Of a stretch of 64,000 nucleotides of DNA, positions 52,329-64,000 are shown one piece after another (within the stretch, counting starts at the first letter, position 1; each line of letters begins with the position of its first letter). The stretch covers positions 10,671,166 through 10,735,165 of the forward strand of contig CM082578.2 in the NCBI GenBank assembly GCA_040954595.2, written 5' to 3'. The position numbers and the translations under genes were made by a program. Under the pieces are notes generated by a model. It saw nothing but the letters and a program-made list of their open reading frames with translations, was not told the origin of the DNA and made no database searches. Source of the stretch: Balanoglossus misakiensis (lineage: Eukaryota > Animalia > Hemichordata).

Positions 52329-55300
52329 ATGAATGACGTTAGCAATTCAGGTATTTAGATTTGAGTATGACCCATACTTGTATGTGAAGTTTTAGCAAAA
52401 TGAGAATATCTGTGCCATGTTGAAGTTCTTCCCTGGATTTGTCAGTCATAGTACCTTTATTTTGTTATCCATTTGGCCTGTATTTACAGAAAAGTGTGGC
52501 AATTATTTAATCTTTTTTCTCTGACTGACATTTTCTTTTTGCATTACAGAAACCAGTGTTGGAGTGTTGATTGATTTTGGTGATTTAGACAACAAAATAG
52601 ATAACTGTGTATCCGTTGCAAATGATACCAACAAGCCAGGTAAGTGCATGAGTTGGTTGGCACTGTAAATTCATTGTGATAAATCATATTACTGTATACA
52701 AACAAGAACTAAGTACTTTCCTAAACTAACCCAAGTCTGTATCAACAGATGAGTTTCAAATTCACAGTCACCATTCTAAAAGGCAATTAATTTACATTAT
52801 TATATTTTAACTTAACACATGTGGAGGATGTACTAAAATGATCAGTTTTGTTGTTGTTGCTGTTTTTCATATTCACCTTGTAAAAATTCCTGCTAACGTA
52901 ATTTCTTGGCTTTGTTTCTTTATCCAAATTCAGCACCTGTGGGTTGTACCACTGGCATATTACTGGATTTAAACGATGTGTTCGGTAGCCTTGACAGTGA
53001 TACCAACAACTCAAACAATAACAACACCACCACCACAAGTTGTGATGGTAAGATTTCTGTAATTAGTGTGCACTTCTTTTCTACCACATCCTACAAAAAA
53101 TGGTGCTCAGCTGAAAAAAAATAACATCAAAAGTGAAATAACATTAACCTATCAGAAATTAATGACCACTCCACTTTTCCAGTTTCCATATATAAGGTTT
53201 TTTTTCTATAAAATCCAACATTAATTACATACCAGTTTAAATGTTAAAATTTGTAGTTTCATTGGATATAATGGCTGTTTACCAAAATGCGTTACTGGAC
53301 TGGTGAGACGGTTACCATATATTTGAAATGGGTCATGTGAACCTATTGGTTGGTGGAATTACCATACTGAACAGACGTCAACAATCGCTGCATTGTCAGT
53401 GCTCAATGACTGCGGACATTTTAACAAAGCCAGACTCTGTTCTGATTCAAGCAACGGCTTGGTTTATTTATTCCACATTTGTATTGTTTGCTTTACAAAT
53501 TTTAAAGAAATCGTTGTCCCCATGGACATGTGCTGGTGTTTTTATTCATATCTTCATTTTCCCCCCTTGACAGGTTCAAAGGACAAATGCATTGCTGACG
53601 TTACAAGTGACATGAAAAAATCCCCAGAGAATGACAGAAACTGGCAAGGTGTGAATGTTTTATCACCAACATCAGGTATGTGCAGAATTATGCGAATTAG
53701 ATCAAACCATGAACTAGTCTAAGGAAGAGTGCATGATCAAGTCAAGTGATATATTCATTTGTAAAATCATGGTCCCCAGTGTGTGCACTATTACCAAAAC
53801 TCCAACCCACAATGATTATTTCTAATCATTATCCATACATTGTTTTTTGTTATTATTTTTGTATATAGAAACATTGTATGGAATGTTACAGAATATTTTA
53901 AAATTTTCATTTCTAACTCTTGTCATTTAACTTCCTCCAACAGAGGTGCCCCTGATTGAAAATGAAATCTTTGATTTTGATTTTCATTTGTCGCCTGCAG
54001 ATAGGTAATTTTGATTTTTTTTAACCCAGTCTAGTTTTTTTAATGTAAAGATGGGATTGATGGTATTTTCTATGATTGGTCGCTCAGATACATGTACCCT
54101 GACTGAATTTTGCTAAATTTTTGTTTTAAATTGTCAAGTCTGAATAATTTTCTCAGTGGTCGAATTATAGAAATATAACTATCCAGTATCCTGTTAACTT
54201 AAAGGTATGACATTCAGAAAGATTCTGCCAGCATGACAATTCACAGTGGAAAAGTTGTGGTGACCTGCATACACCAAAGAAATTGTATTATTGTGTTATA
54301 TTGACAGAGAGAACTCTATGAAGGCTAAAGAGATTGACAATTCAGAAAATGCTGAAGATGATGATGAAGAAGTGTTTTTTGGACCAGTTGGGCATAAAGA
54401 AATGTGCATTGCAGTGAATCATGAGCTGAAGAAAGAAGAGGAGGAATTCAAACCGCTGAGTCCACTCAGCGGAGAACAGTATGCAGAGGTGTTCAAGGAG
54501 GCGATCTCCCTCTCGTTGTTCTTTGAGAAGTGCAGCATAGAGGACAAGGAGAAAAAGAAGAAGTCCAGTTCCGATGATGAGAATCTGCTTGTGAAGCTGG
54601 GCAAGCTGACCATGAAGAATAAAGTGCAGAACGGATCGCCAACGAAACCGTGCGGCAGTGTACCCGAGGAGTCGGTGACGATCAAGAGTCCTCGCTCACC
54701 CAGGAGGGAGACTTTTGTTTTTGAGGCAGCAGACGACAAGGCCATCAAAAGCCCCAGGTCGCCAAGGAGGGAGACGTACGTGGTTGGTCTCAGCGCAGAG
54801 CACGAAATACCGCCCGCTCTGAGACAAAAAAATCCAGGCAAACTGACATTTCAGGGTTCGAGTGCGAACCAGAAGCGCGGAATTCGGCCACTGCAGCAGA
54901 GGAGTAAGCTGGGTGTTGCTAGTCCTCACACATTTACTGCCCGGACCGCTCCCAGTGACTGCAAAGTACCCTCTGCCAGCTCTTTACCCAAACAAGGCGG
55001 TGGTGGTGGTGGTGCAGCCAAGTCTAGACTCTCCCGATTCAGCAAACTGCTCAAACCGGGTGCAACAAGCAAGCAGGTCAGTACTTGTTATCAAACAAAC
55101 GTGATTTCATTTTAAAAATTGGTTTGCAGGGCATTTTACAATTCAGATCAAATTGTTGAAAATGCATGCCGTATCTTATTTCTTAGAATTAGAAGAAAAT
55201 TGTTCACAAATTTGTAGTATTTTGCTAGACGTCAGTGAAATCTGACTCTGATTGATTAATCTTAGTATATAGTATTACCTTGATATATGATAAGATATAT

Positions 55301-58300
55301 ATATATAATAATTTTCTGTTCACACATGATACATTATTTGTTTGCAATGCCAGTCATGTTGTTCACATGAAATTGCCATGTGACATTGATGACAACAAAA
55401 ATGCACTGAAATGTGCATACATGTACATGTTTTTTTCTTCTCCTGATTCATTACCATTGTTGATTCACGTTCGTTTTGAAGGCAAATTACAATTTGGTGG
55501 TAGTGAACACAAAAAGTGGTATGACATTGGTTGCAACTTACTTATGCTTTTATCAATAGTATCAGTGTTACTTCATAATTACGTTCCTCTGTATATAATT
55601 ATAGCACATTTCTCTGTATATAATTACAGCACATTCCTTTGTATAACATAAGTTGAGCGCATCAAGGCTTTGGCCAAACATGCGAGTACATGCACATGAA
55701 TGAGGTTCAGCTGTAAAAATTGTTCTGTGTTCACTTTTAGTCGCCGTCGGCCATAGCCAGCAAAATAGTCAGCCCACCCAAGAGAAAGAGACTGAACAGT
55801 GCGGGGTCTGATGAAGCAATGTCTGAAACTTGCAGCGTAACTTCCGATACCAGTGATTGCTCCAGTACCACCAACATGTCTGCAGGCAAAAGACCTCTGC
55901 CAACAGAACGAAGGGTAAGAGTTGCTCCATTGAAATATATCACAAGCATATGGTCTGTTCTAAACTGTGTTCTCTGATTTTCAATTTTAACTAGAATACT
56001 TCCACTTCAGTACATAACCAGCTTTTTTATCAAATTTCAAACAGACAACGTCCAGACTATCAGGCTTGAAACCCCCATCGTCCTTCAAACCACCAACCCG
56101 CTCTGTTAGCTCCACTTCATCATCAGCGTCAAGTAATTCTTCGTTCCACTCACTGAATGATTCAATCAAAGAGCAAGGTAAGCACCTGTGGAATGGCTGT
56201 GGTTTCACTGATCACTATTATAATTATAGACAACTCCTTTCATTTACATTGCTCCCTGCTCACTCTGAATCTTGATGGAAAATTATAGACCTGGACCCGA
56301 CCTGAGTTAAATGACCAAGACACCTGAACCATTGCATACTATACTCCTATCAAAGCCAGTCATTAGGATTTTTTTGATAATCATACATGTTTCAGGCAAG
56401 AAAACAAGTGGTCTGCCACTCCCAAAGTATAAACCCAGTCTGATCAGACCCAGCTCCCTGACAAAGAAGACAGCAGCTGCAGCAAACAGGACTGATGGCC
56501 ACTCGGTCAAGTCTTCCACCGGCAGTAGAATGAGCAAACCCCAGCCAGTCAAAGCCACTATGCCAGTGCCACACCGAGCGACACCTACGCCGGGCAAAGT
56601 CAGTCACAGAGGTATGAGCTTTTCAATTTGGATTTCCTTTACATGTACATGGGATGTTGTATCATAATTTACATTACTGTGATTACAGTAAATTATCCTG
56701 CAATTACATGTTTCCTATCCAAGCTAAGTATAATGGCACTCTGTATAAAATTAATTTAAATGATTGTGAACATCTCTCATAATTGTTCCAGCAAATCGAG
56801 TGGCTACATACACATCGGAGGTGACCTCTCTGCCTATGCAAACTTACATGTAAATTGAATGGCGATTGGCATATCCAGTTTCATGACAATTTCTCAGATG
56901 CACATTATCTTTGAAATGCATCCGTTCTGTGTATCCACTGTCATATTTCCTGAGCCCAATGCGAATTGATAAAAAACATCTGAACCAAATTAAACATGAC
57001 AATATATATCCTCTGTAGGTAGGATCCTGGCAGGTTTAATTGTAATGCCTTAAAACCATCTACCGGTAATCGAACAATAATAGGGTGAAAGTGATGAGTT
57101 CCCTATCTCCCACTGTGCTCTACTTAGACCTGAAGGGGGTAGTCCATTGGATATGTCTGTGATGTAAAATGTAACAAATACACCGAGAAAAAATCTTGTG
57201 GAGTGAATATCTGCTATTGTGCAAATGAACACCGTATTCTATGGCAGGATGAACATGATTTTCATTCTGTGTGTGTGTTGACCTCCAGTAGGGCTCAGAA
57301 CAACTACACCCAAATTTTCCAGTATCACAGCAGCCAGTACACCCAAGACGAGAGAGAAAACAGGAATGCCTAAACGAAATCTTGGATCTTCTCTCAGCAG
57401 TGTTGGTAGCACCGACAGTCTCCCTGAATCTGCTTCGAAGTAAGAACTTTTCAAAAATAAGAATTCTTATCACTTAGCATTTAATGTGCATATTATACAA
57501 ATAGGCCACTTTCATGACCCCTACATGACCTTACATCCTGGTACATTTTTGGTTTAATATAGTCTGGAAATTCAACATTTTGCTGCATGAGAGGTGAAAA
57601 GTTTACTCAATAGTAATTTTGAAATGGCAGTGCAATATAAAGTTCCGTAATACTTACAGAGGTTTGAATCAAAATAGGGGATTCACACCAACAACTGGAG
57701 GATTGGGATTGGGATTTTTCTTACTTGTGTATAACAATGCGTCATCTTCTGCAAACCCAGGATGCGATCGAATGACAGCATTGACTCTGTGTTCGTAAGC
57801 ACCCCACCCACTCCAATGACCAACCACGGTAACAGCAGCAGATCAAAAATGGGCACTACACCGCAATCCATCTCGCGTCGCCGTTCAAACATTCCAACAC
57901 CACTGAGGCGGAGTACATGTAGCTCCGTCAAATCCAGGTTCAGTTCTAATGCCTCAGTGACTGCTCCAAGGTAAAAAAAATACTTTGTGTGTTTTCAACT
58001 GTACTGTACAGTAATAGTAATAGCAAAGCCTCTAAATCAGTAAATTTCGAAAAAAATATCATGGTTGGATTGTAGCAATTGTGTAAGGTAGCATTTCAAT
58101 ATTGTCAGTCAGAAGTCACAGTAGCATTTTTTTAGTGCGTATTTCCGTGTCAAGTGAGTATTTTTTTTTGCGTCAAATAAGCTTACTTTTTGCGTACACA
58201 CGACCTCTGGTCAGTGAGTGTACTCCCCAGTAATAAATATCAATGACACGAGTGATGAAGGGATATTACGGAACTGGTACTCAGACCCTTTTTTTCTCAT

Positions 58301-58870
58301 AGCCCACTTTGCAGTCCACTAGCTCGTAGAACGTCATCAAAACATGGCAGATCCCCAGCCAGTCAGAGATCAATGCCACCACCCAAGTTTTCCATCGACG
58401 ATGGCGGTGACAGACACACGGACAACAAAGAGAATGTACAATCCACAGAGAAAGTAGCGAAGAATTCACCGGCCGTGGACATGGTGAGAATATTTGTGTA
58501 CTGTAGATCATCTCTGTTTTACCCAGAGAAATGTAATTGTTGTTTTCAGTCTACGTTAGCTGCCTATACGCTGAAACCTTGTATCAAATTATAAAACTGT
58601 GTTGTTCTATCGTTTCTGCAGTTGATTGATTTGTCTGATTCACCTTTCAAGAGACAGTCTCCCTTGAGATCAACGGTAAGTTGTTTTAATTGTCCATTTG
58701 TTGGGGAGGGGGGATTTGGGTTAATCGTTTGACCATCATACAGAGAACTGCATGGTCAATCTGGTTTTGTGTATTGTTGACGAATATTTGGCTAGTCATG
58801 ACAAAAAAATGCTTTTCTTTTGATCTTGCAGATGACAATATCAGAACCAAAGTTTGACTTCACCGTGTGA
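52329..58870 (+). CDS. GTSE1: GTSE1/PSRC1-like G2 and S phase-expressed microtubule-associated protein, about 771 aa
   Basis: Exons: 52329-52350, 52550-52639, 52934-53047, 53574-53675, 53944-54004, 54308-55076, 55741-55914, 56045-56177, 56396-56611, 57289-57439, 57761-57970, 58303-58483, 58622-58675, 58832-58870 (phases consistent). GTSE1_N domain: LIENEIFDFDF...DDEEVFFGPVGHKEMCIA...PLSPLSGEQYAEVFKEA. Also SPRRETFV, a Ser/Pro/basic disordered body with SxIP-like motifs (SNIP, SGLP, SSLP), KEN, and LIDL. The 5' exons are less certain. Confidence 0.85.
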
Positions 58871-60827
58871 ACAAGAAAATAACACATTATGCATTTTCTA
58901 GGCCCATGAAGAAAAAGATGACAATATAGACAAGAAGAAAAAGTAGCCAACAGACTGCCAACTTTGCTACAACTGAATGATTTAGAACTCACAATTTCAG
59001 TGTTGTTTTATCATTCAACTGTGTAAGATTTTGCTGTGTATGTCTGTTTTTTGGACATCAGCGATTATGTAGTAGCTGAGCCTCTCCATTTTGCAAATTA
59101 CCCTTTTTTTAACTGCCAGAATATTTACAAGAAATACCGCACATGATTTCCTTGCAACAGCTTTGTTGGCAACGGGCTACACAGTGTATTAAGGTAGCCT
59201 TGCAAGGATTACAGCCAAACCTGCCTGAACTGGACACCAAACAAGCCTGAGAAAATTTTCCAGTCAGTGAAGAGTTTAGTGTATAGAGATTCTCTGACAT
59301 GGTGTCCTGTGTATAGTGACATGCCTACAGGTGCGCAATTCAGACAGGTTATTTTATGTGTACACAGGGAGATTATCTGAGGTTATCTGAGATGTAATAG
59401 TGTGTTTAATTTGATCAGGAAATTGTTTTTGATGATTGAAGTTTCAGGAAACAGAAAAATTTGATAGCCCAGCTATCAGATGACTTCAGAATTCTCAAAT
59501 CACTGCCACTGGAAAGCCAGAGTACGGTCTTTGTCGAAATGAGTTCTGTCATACTGAGGAAGACCTTGATTTGTTTTGCCTTTCCCTTTCCTGTTCTTTT
59601 CCCTCTTCTCTTTTTCCTGGTTTGCATGTGTCTGTTCAAATCATTGTGTTCACCCCAAGCTGGAAATAGTGCATGTCGTTTTGATTTGATGTAGTATAAT
59701 TAGCCATTACAATGCATGGGTCGCAGTTTTTATCCAACCTTGGCAAGAACTGGTTTTACTCCTCATATGAAAATTAGAAGAAAAAAATAACTTCTCGCAA
59801 AAGTCACTGCGTCAGAAGATGGCAACTTGCCAGTGGCTTTAGAAAAACCCGTACTTGACAAGTGATTGTATTACAAAGTGTAGTGTGTTCTGTAGTATCT
59901 GGACTTTAGAGTTACATAGACATATGTATAGATATATGAGAATGCATACATAGATTTCTTGGGTCATTTATCTCACTGTTGCACCATTGTCGTAGAGATC
60001 AATCAACGTAATGTATATAATGAGATTTGTCTTGCTTCATTTACATCCAAGCAAATGTGTATATATGTAGTTTTGCTTGTAGAATTTTGTAGACGTTCCA
60101 CTGCCATTAGACTTTTAGCAAGTTGCAATCGAGTGACTCAGTTCACTGCCATATAAACCTTGACATTCCATGATTGCCTTATATGTGATTATCATACTTT
60201 CAATTCCACTAGCCAGTCTGGGCCGGATAAGCAATAGACTCAATCAGTTGAACATCGCATGTGCCTCCTAGCAGATACAGGGGCTGTATAGCAAAATCTG
60301 GGTCCTGGGGTCACCCATCTGGGGTTTGGCTTTTTAGCTGGGAGTAGGTGCTGTTTAAGTTTGGTGAGGGTCTTAGGCCTAAGGGTTCATCCATACCTGA
60401 ATCTCAGTATCAAGAGAACAGTGGTCACGTTGTTTCAAGTGCACAGGTGCTGTGGAATTGAAATTAATGAAGTCACCATTGATTAAAAGACATATTGTTA
60501 GACATCAGAAATATTGATGTTGATTTGATTGTGGAGAGTATATGTGTACGCATTGAAACGCAAACGAAAGTGCGCCCTCATGCGATTGAGCTAAACATCA
60601 TACCACACCAGGTTTTTTCTCACTCAATTTAATTTCTGACCGGCAGATACCCAAATACAATGTCTTTCCAACAAAAAGGGTGTTATTTAGAAATACATAT
60701 ACACAATTTATACATAACAATGTGAACATACAAAACCGAAATTCTCATGTTGTTGTACGTTAAGACCCATATGGTTTCTGTCCGGCTAATACATGTACAT
60801 GTATAAAGGGAGAGGCAGGGACAATGG

Positions 60828-61000
60828 CAATCTGATTAAAATCCGATGTAGGGTACACGGCGACGTCTCGGTTTCAAGTTACTTAGGGCCTACGCCGTAC
60901 GGTATTTGTATCCTGTCGTCTCACACTACAGCGCAAGAGAAAACCATGAAGCCTGAGTAAAATACGTCGCCGGAGGCTACATCTGATTTTAATCAGATTG
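60828..61000. mobile_element. MITE with 24-bp terminal inverted repeats
   Basis: Left arm CAATCTGATTAAAATCCGATGTAG and right arm CTACATCTGATTTTAATCAGATTG match at 23/24. An inner CGGCGACGT / ACGTCGCCG pair is also present. Both flanks contain ACAATG, a possible degenerate TSD. Confidence 0.8.
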
Positions 61001-61915
61001 TTACAATGCAGCTCATGAACTGACCAGCGTAAGTTTGAAAACAAGTTCACCGTAGATCTCGGCCTATCTCACTCCTAGTAAAAAAGGATTTGGTTTAAAA
61101 TGCCTCACAAAACTGAAACTGTTAAACATGTAACGAATGTAGTATAAGCTTATAGATACTTAAAGTAACATACAATCAATATATAGATACTAAAATACCA
61201 CATTTGACTCATTTTCAGTAGAAATGTATTTCCTTATGAATATCCGATTTCGAAAATATCGTATATAGGCTATATAGTAAATGGTAATTCTGCTCATCCA
61301 ACAGACGAAAATATGAAACGTGCCCCCAGCGATATGAAATGAAAGTTTAATGCATGCAAATTATTAGCATGTCGGCTAGTTCCGAAAGAAACGATGACAA
61401 AAGCTCGATGACCAGCATGAAAATAGCGTCAAGAGGACAAAATGGTCCCGTTTGATCAAACTCGGTACATGAAGGATGACATGTACTGTGTCAGACATAC
61501 TAGCGTTTGGTTCCCTATTGTTAAATTTCCGAAAATGATAACAGGCAATGCAAGACAGAGGGACAGACGGGCGGCCTGACGGACGGGCGGTAACCGATGC
61601 TCTCACTGCTATATTTCGACGTACCGAACGGGAGCTAAAATCTGCAATTTCGCGATCCAAAGATGACTGATGTCAGCCTCCGTGAAAAAACAAGGAGCGT
61701 CATCAATCTGTCGCAGCCTTATTCCCATCTGATTTATGATGGCAGAGGAGATACCAGAGAAAGCGTTTCTAATTGACGTGGTCTATCATGTCCCAAAGGT
61801 CGTGTTATTTACTGGATTGATGTGATTTTCATTGGCTTCTGCATAACCCCCCCCCCCCCCTCTACTGTCTATGGTGCTACTAGCACATGTGTATGGGGGT
61901 GGGATGCGGGCTTAA

Positions 61916-62000
61916 CCCTTTCACCCCCAGAACCCTCCATAGAGGTCCAACTTTACCATAGAAAACAATGGATTTTGACCAAACCATGGCGGTGAAAGGG
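61916..62000. mobile_element. piggyBac-type miniature element (85 bp) with TTAA target-site duplication
   Basis: TTAA|CCCTTTCACCCCCA ... TGGCGGTGAAAGGG|TTAA: 13/14 TIR match, CCC...GGG ends, and TTAA on both sides. Confidence 0.8.
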
Positions 62001-62459
62001 TTAAACACGGATACCTTATGTTTTACCGTGATAGGTGAGAACTTGACGTTGGTTGGAAATCTTAAAAGTTGCCAACGTTTCACATTTTGGTCAAACCATG
62101 GCATAATCGAACTCGTAGAATAACCGATATCTTGTCGCTGGGGGGGGGGGGGTAATTCTAGGAATCGGGAATAGATGCGTCTGTGGGATGAGCCGGAACT
62201 GAACATTGTCATGGCAACAGAGCATACAGAGCAACGTAACACGAGAAAACGTGAAAACATAAATAATTTACCTATCATGCGTAAATATATTGATAATTTG
62301 GTGGTGTTAGATGACTTTCTTCCTTATTTCCCCCAGACAACTATTAGTAAGTACACCTGGCACCGAAACGTTGTCTGGTTTTTTTTATGCTAAGGTTGTC
62401 GATATTTTACTTGTGCCAGCTAATTGAAGCGATATTACACTCGGGTTCATCATATCCGT

Positions 62460-63317
62460 CTAATGCAACCATTTGCTGATGGCTAACATGACATACACTA
62501 GAGGCAGGCACGCAGACGGCGACGCGGACGAGTTGGTGGTGATTACTGAGGCCTGTCCGTGTGGAGACTTGGTGTTTTCCGTTTTCGTGTTCGAGGCGAG
62601 GCGGTGGACAGTCGTAGTGGCCGTACGCGTGGTGGTCTCTGCCGTCAGTTTTGTCGTGTCGGGCATCTCGGACCTTGCTCCCGTCTTGCGGATGTACTTG
62701 GCGGCGTAGTCGTCGTAAGCATAGCAGGATCCCGAGCGGGGCGATTCTGAGAACGGACACCCTTCGCCGGTGACGGGGTTCGGCGCCACTTTGCACACCC
62801 CCATGACCTCTCTGAAATTCTCCTCCGACGGCTCGATCAGCGATCTCTGTTTGTTGATCGGGTCGATCTCCAGGGTGTCGTCCGGAAACCCGAACTCCTC
62901 GTAGTTGTCGCTGCGGAACAAGAAAGCGATGTACCGCCGGCCGATTTCGGCGTCTTCGTTGGTGCACTTGTAGCCGGACCGAGTTCCTGCCCCCGTGACG
63001 TTGACAAAGCGAGGCAACTGCTCCCCGTAGTAATGGCAGAGGACCTTCATCAGGGTGATGTAGCCGAATTCGCTGTAGGGATGCTCCGGCCACACGGCGT
63101 CCGAGTACTCGTCGCTCAAGTCAAAGTGGTAATGCTCCAATACTTCGACGTAGACAACGATGTCGGCCATGAAGACACGTGTTTTCAGATCGAATTCCCT
63201 CCACACGCCAATTGAAGAGCAGGCGGACGATTGACGAAGGTTGGTAAGGTTAATGCTGGCGAGAATGAGTAGGTGAACGACCAGTGTCGTGTTCTTTCGC
63301 CATCCGTGTAGTGCCAT
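62460..63317 (-). CDS. Intronless secreted, probably GPI-anchored protein with an NtA/TIMP-like (CCDC3 N-terminal-like) domain, 285 aa
   Basis: Open 858-nt ORF with strong GC3 bias. Signal peptide ends at SSA-C. ADIVVYVEVL...KVLCHYYG...VNVTGAG...C...IGRRYIAFL resembles NtA/CCDC3-type OB folds. A Thr-rich stalk and hydrophobic C-terminal tail follow. A TATA-like TATAAG lies at 63396-63391. Confidence 0.75.
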   Translation of the reverse strand: MALHGWRKNTTLVVHLLILASINLTNLRQSSACSSIGVWREFDLKTRVFMADIVVYVEVLEHYHFDLSDEYSDAVWPEHPYSEFGYITLMKVLCHYYGEQLPRFVNVTGAGTRSGYKCTNEDAEIGRRYIAFLFRSDNYEEFGFPDDTLEIDPINKQRSLIEPSEENFREVMGVCKVAPNPVTGEGCPFSESPRSGSCYAYDDYAAKYIRKTGARSEMPDTTKLTAETTTRTATTTVHRLASNTKTENTKSPHGQASVITTNSSASPSACLPLVYVMLAISKWLH

Positions 63318-64000
63318 TGCGAGCGCGTTCTTCAGAGCTGTGTCGTGAGCTGGTGTGAAGTTAGTCTAGAACAGGTATGCAGTCCGCTGCCTTATATTTT
63401 TTTTCCGCGGCCCAAGTCACACGTGATGTTGTGCATCGAATGCTAGGATGTTATATGCGCGCACGCGGATATGTCTCTCTATATTAAAACGTTACGCACA
63501 GTTGCTTGAGCCAATTCTGTATCTCTGTGACGAATCAATAACCACACAACATCCGTAATTATCATAATATGACGTCCTAATACTGTGACCGTTCTCGTGA
63601 TTGGTAAACATCCGTAACGACAGTGTCGCAGAGAACGCTGTGTTCGCAAATAGACGGTATAGGCTATTAGTAGGAAAACGTACAGACGCACTCCCTATAT
63701 TTAATTGACTGAGTTCAGCTCATTGATAAAAAATCAATTAGGGGGGATGTTTTCCCTGGCCTCGCGTCTTGTTGGTTCTGAACATACACAAAAGGGGCAT
63801 GTACTATAGGGTGATGCTTGGAGCAGCGTAGTAATCATGTCTGCATTTGCAAATCACAACAAATTCGCTGTTCTCTCCCTGGCGGGTAAACTTTAATCAA
63901 AATGCTTGCTATATATAAGGAACAGTGTTTGGTTTTCTAGACATCCAAAGACGTCTGAGACACTGAAACAAGCATCGACAAATCGGAAGTCAACTGTCGG

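Noticed and set aside
53374-53460. Possible extra GTSE1 exon
   Set aside because: The best acceptor gives an in-frame stop and there is no good donor; the model is in phase without it.
62407-63093. 228-aa Arg-rich ORF
   Set aside because: Alternative frame of the 285-aa secreted protein gene.
1-64000. Prokaryotic systems (CBASS operon, CRISPR array), rRNA or tRNA genes
   Set aside because: The DNA is intron-containing animal sequence. The nucleotidyltransferase is a spliced Mab-21-type cGLR with no operonic effectors. No repeat-spacer array or structured RNA gene was seen.

Overview
Eukaryotic (invertebrate animal) genomic DNA with spliced genes and GT-AG introns. Taxon cannot be fixed from sequence; the style suggests a marine invertebrate (inference). 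About 1-15.8 kb has no recognisable gene, only repeat remnants. Eight protein-coding genes follow. They are a divergent TRPC-like channel (-, 9 coding exons, about 695 aa), a SPACA9-like ciliary microtubule inner protein (+, about 359 aa), an intact cGAS-like receptor (cGLR; -, 4 exons, about 396 aa), cathepsin C (-, about 456 aa) head-to-head with ARL8 (+, 185 aa), MANBAL (-, 73 aa) head-to-head with a GTSE1/PSRC1-like gene (+, about 771 aa), and an intronless secreted, probably GPI-anchored NtA/CCDC3-like protein (-, 285 aa). Promoter motifs fit each gene's expected biology: kappaB/AP-1/TATA at the cGLR, CLEAR/M-box between the two lysosomal genes, CHR at GTSE1, and an RFX X-box at SPACA9. 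Small MITEs, a decayed tyrosine-recombinase fragment and a possible Penelope-like end are also present. Gene models were built by hand from splice signals and frame continuity; family names come from remembered motifs, not database searches.
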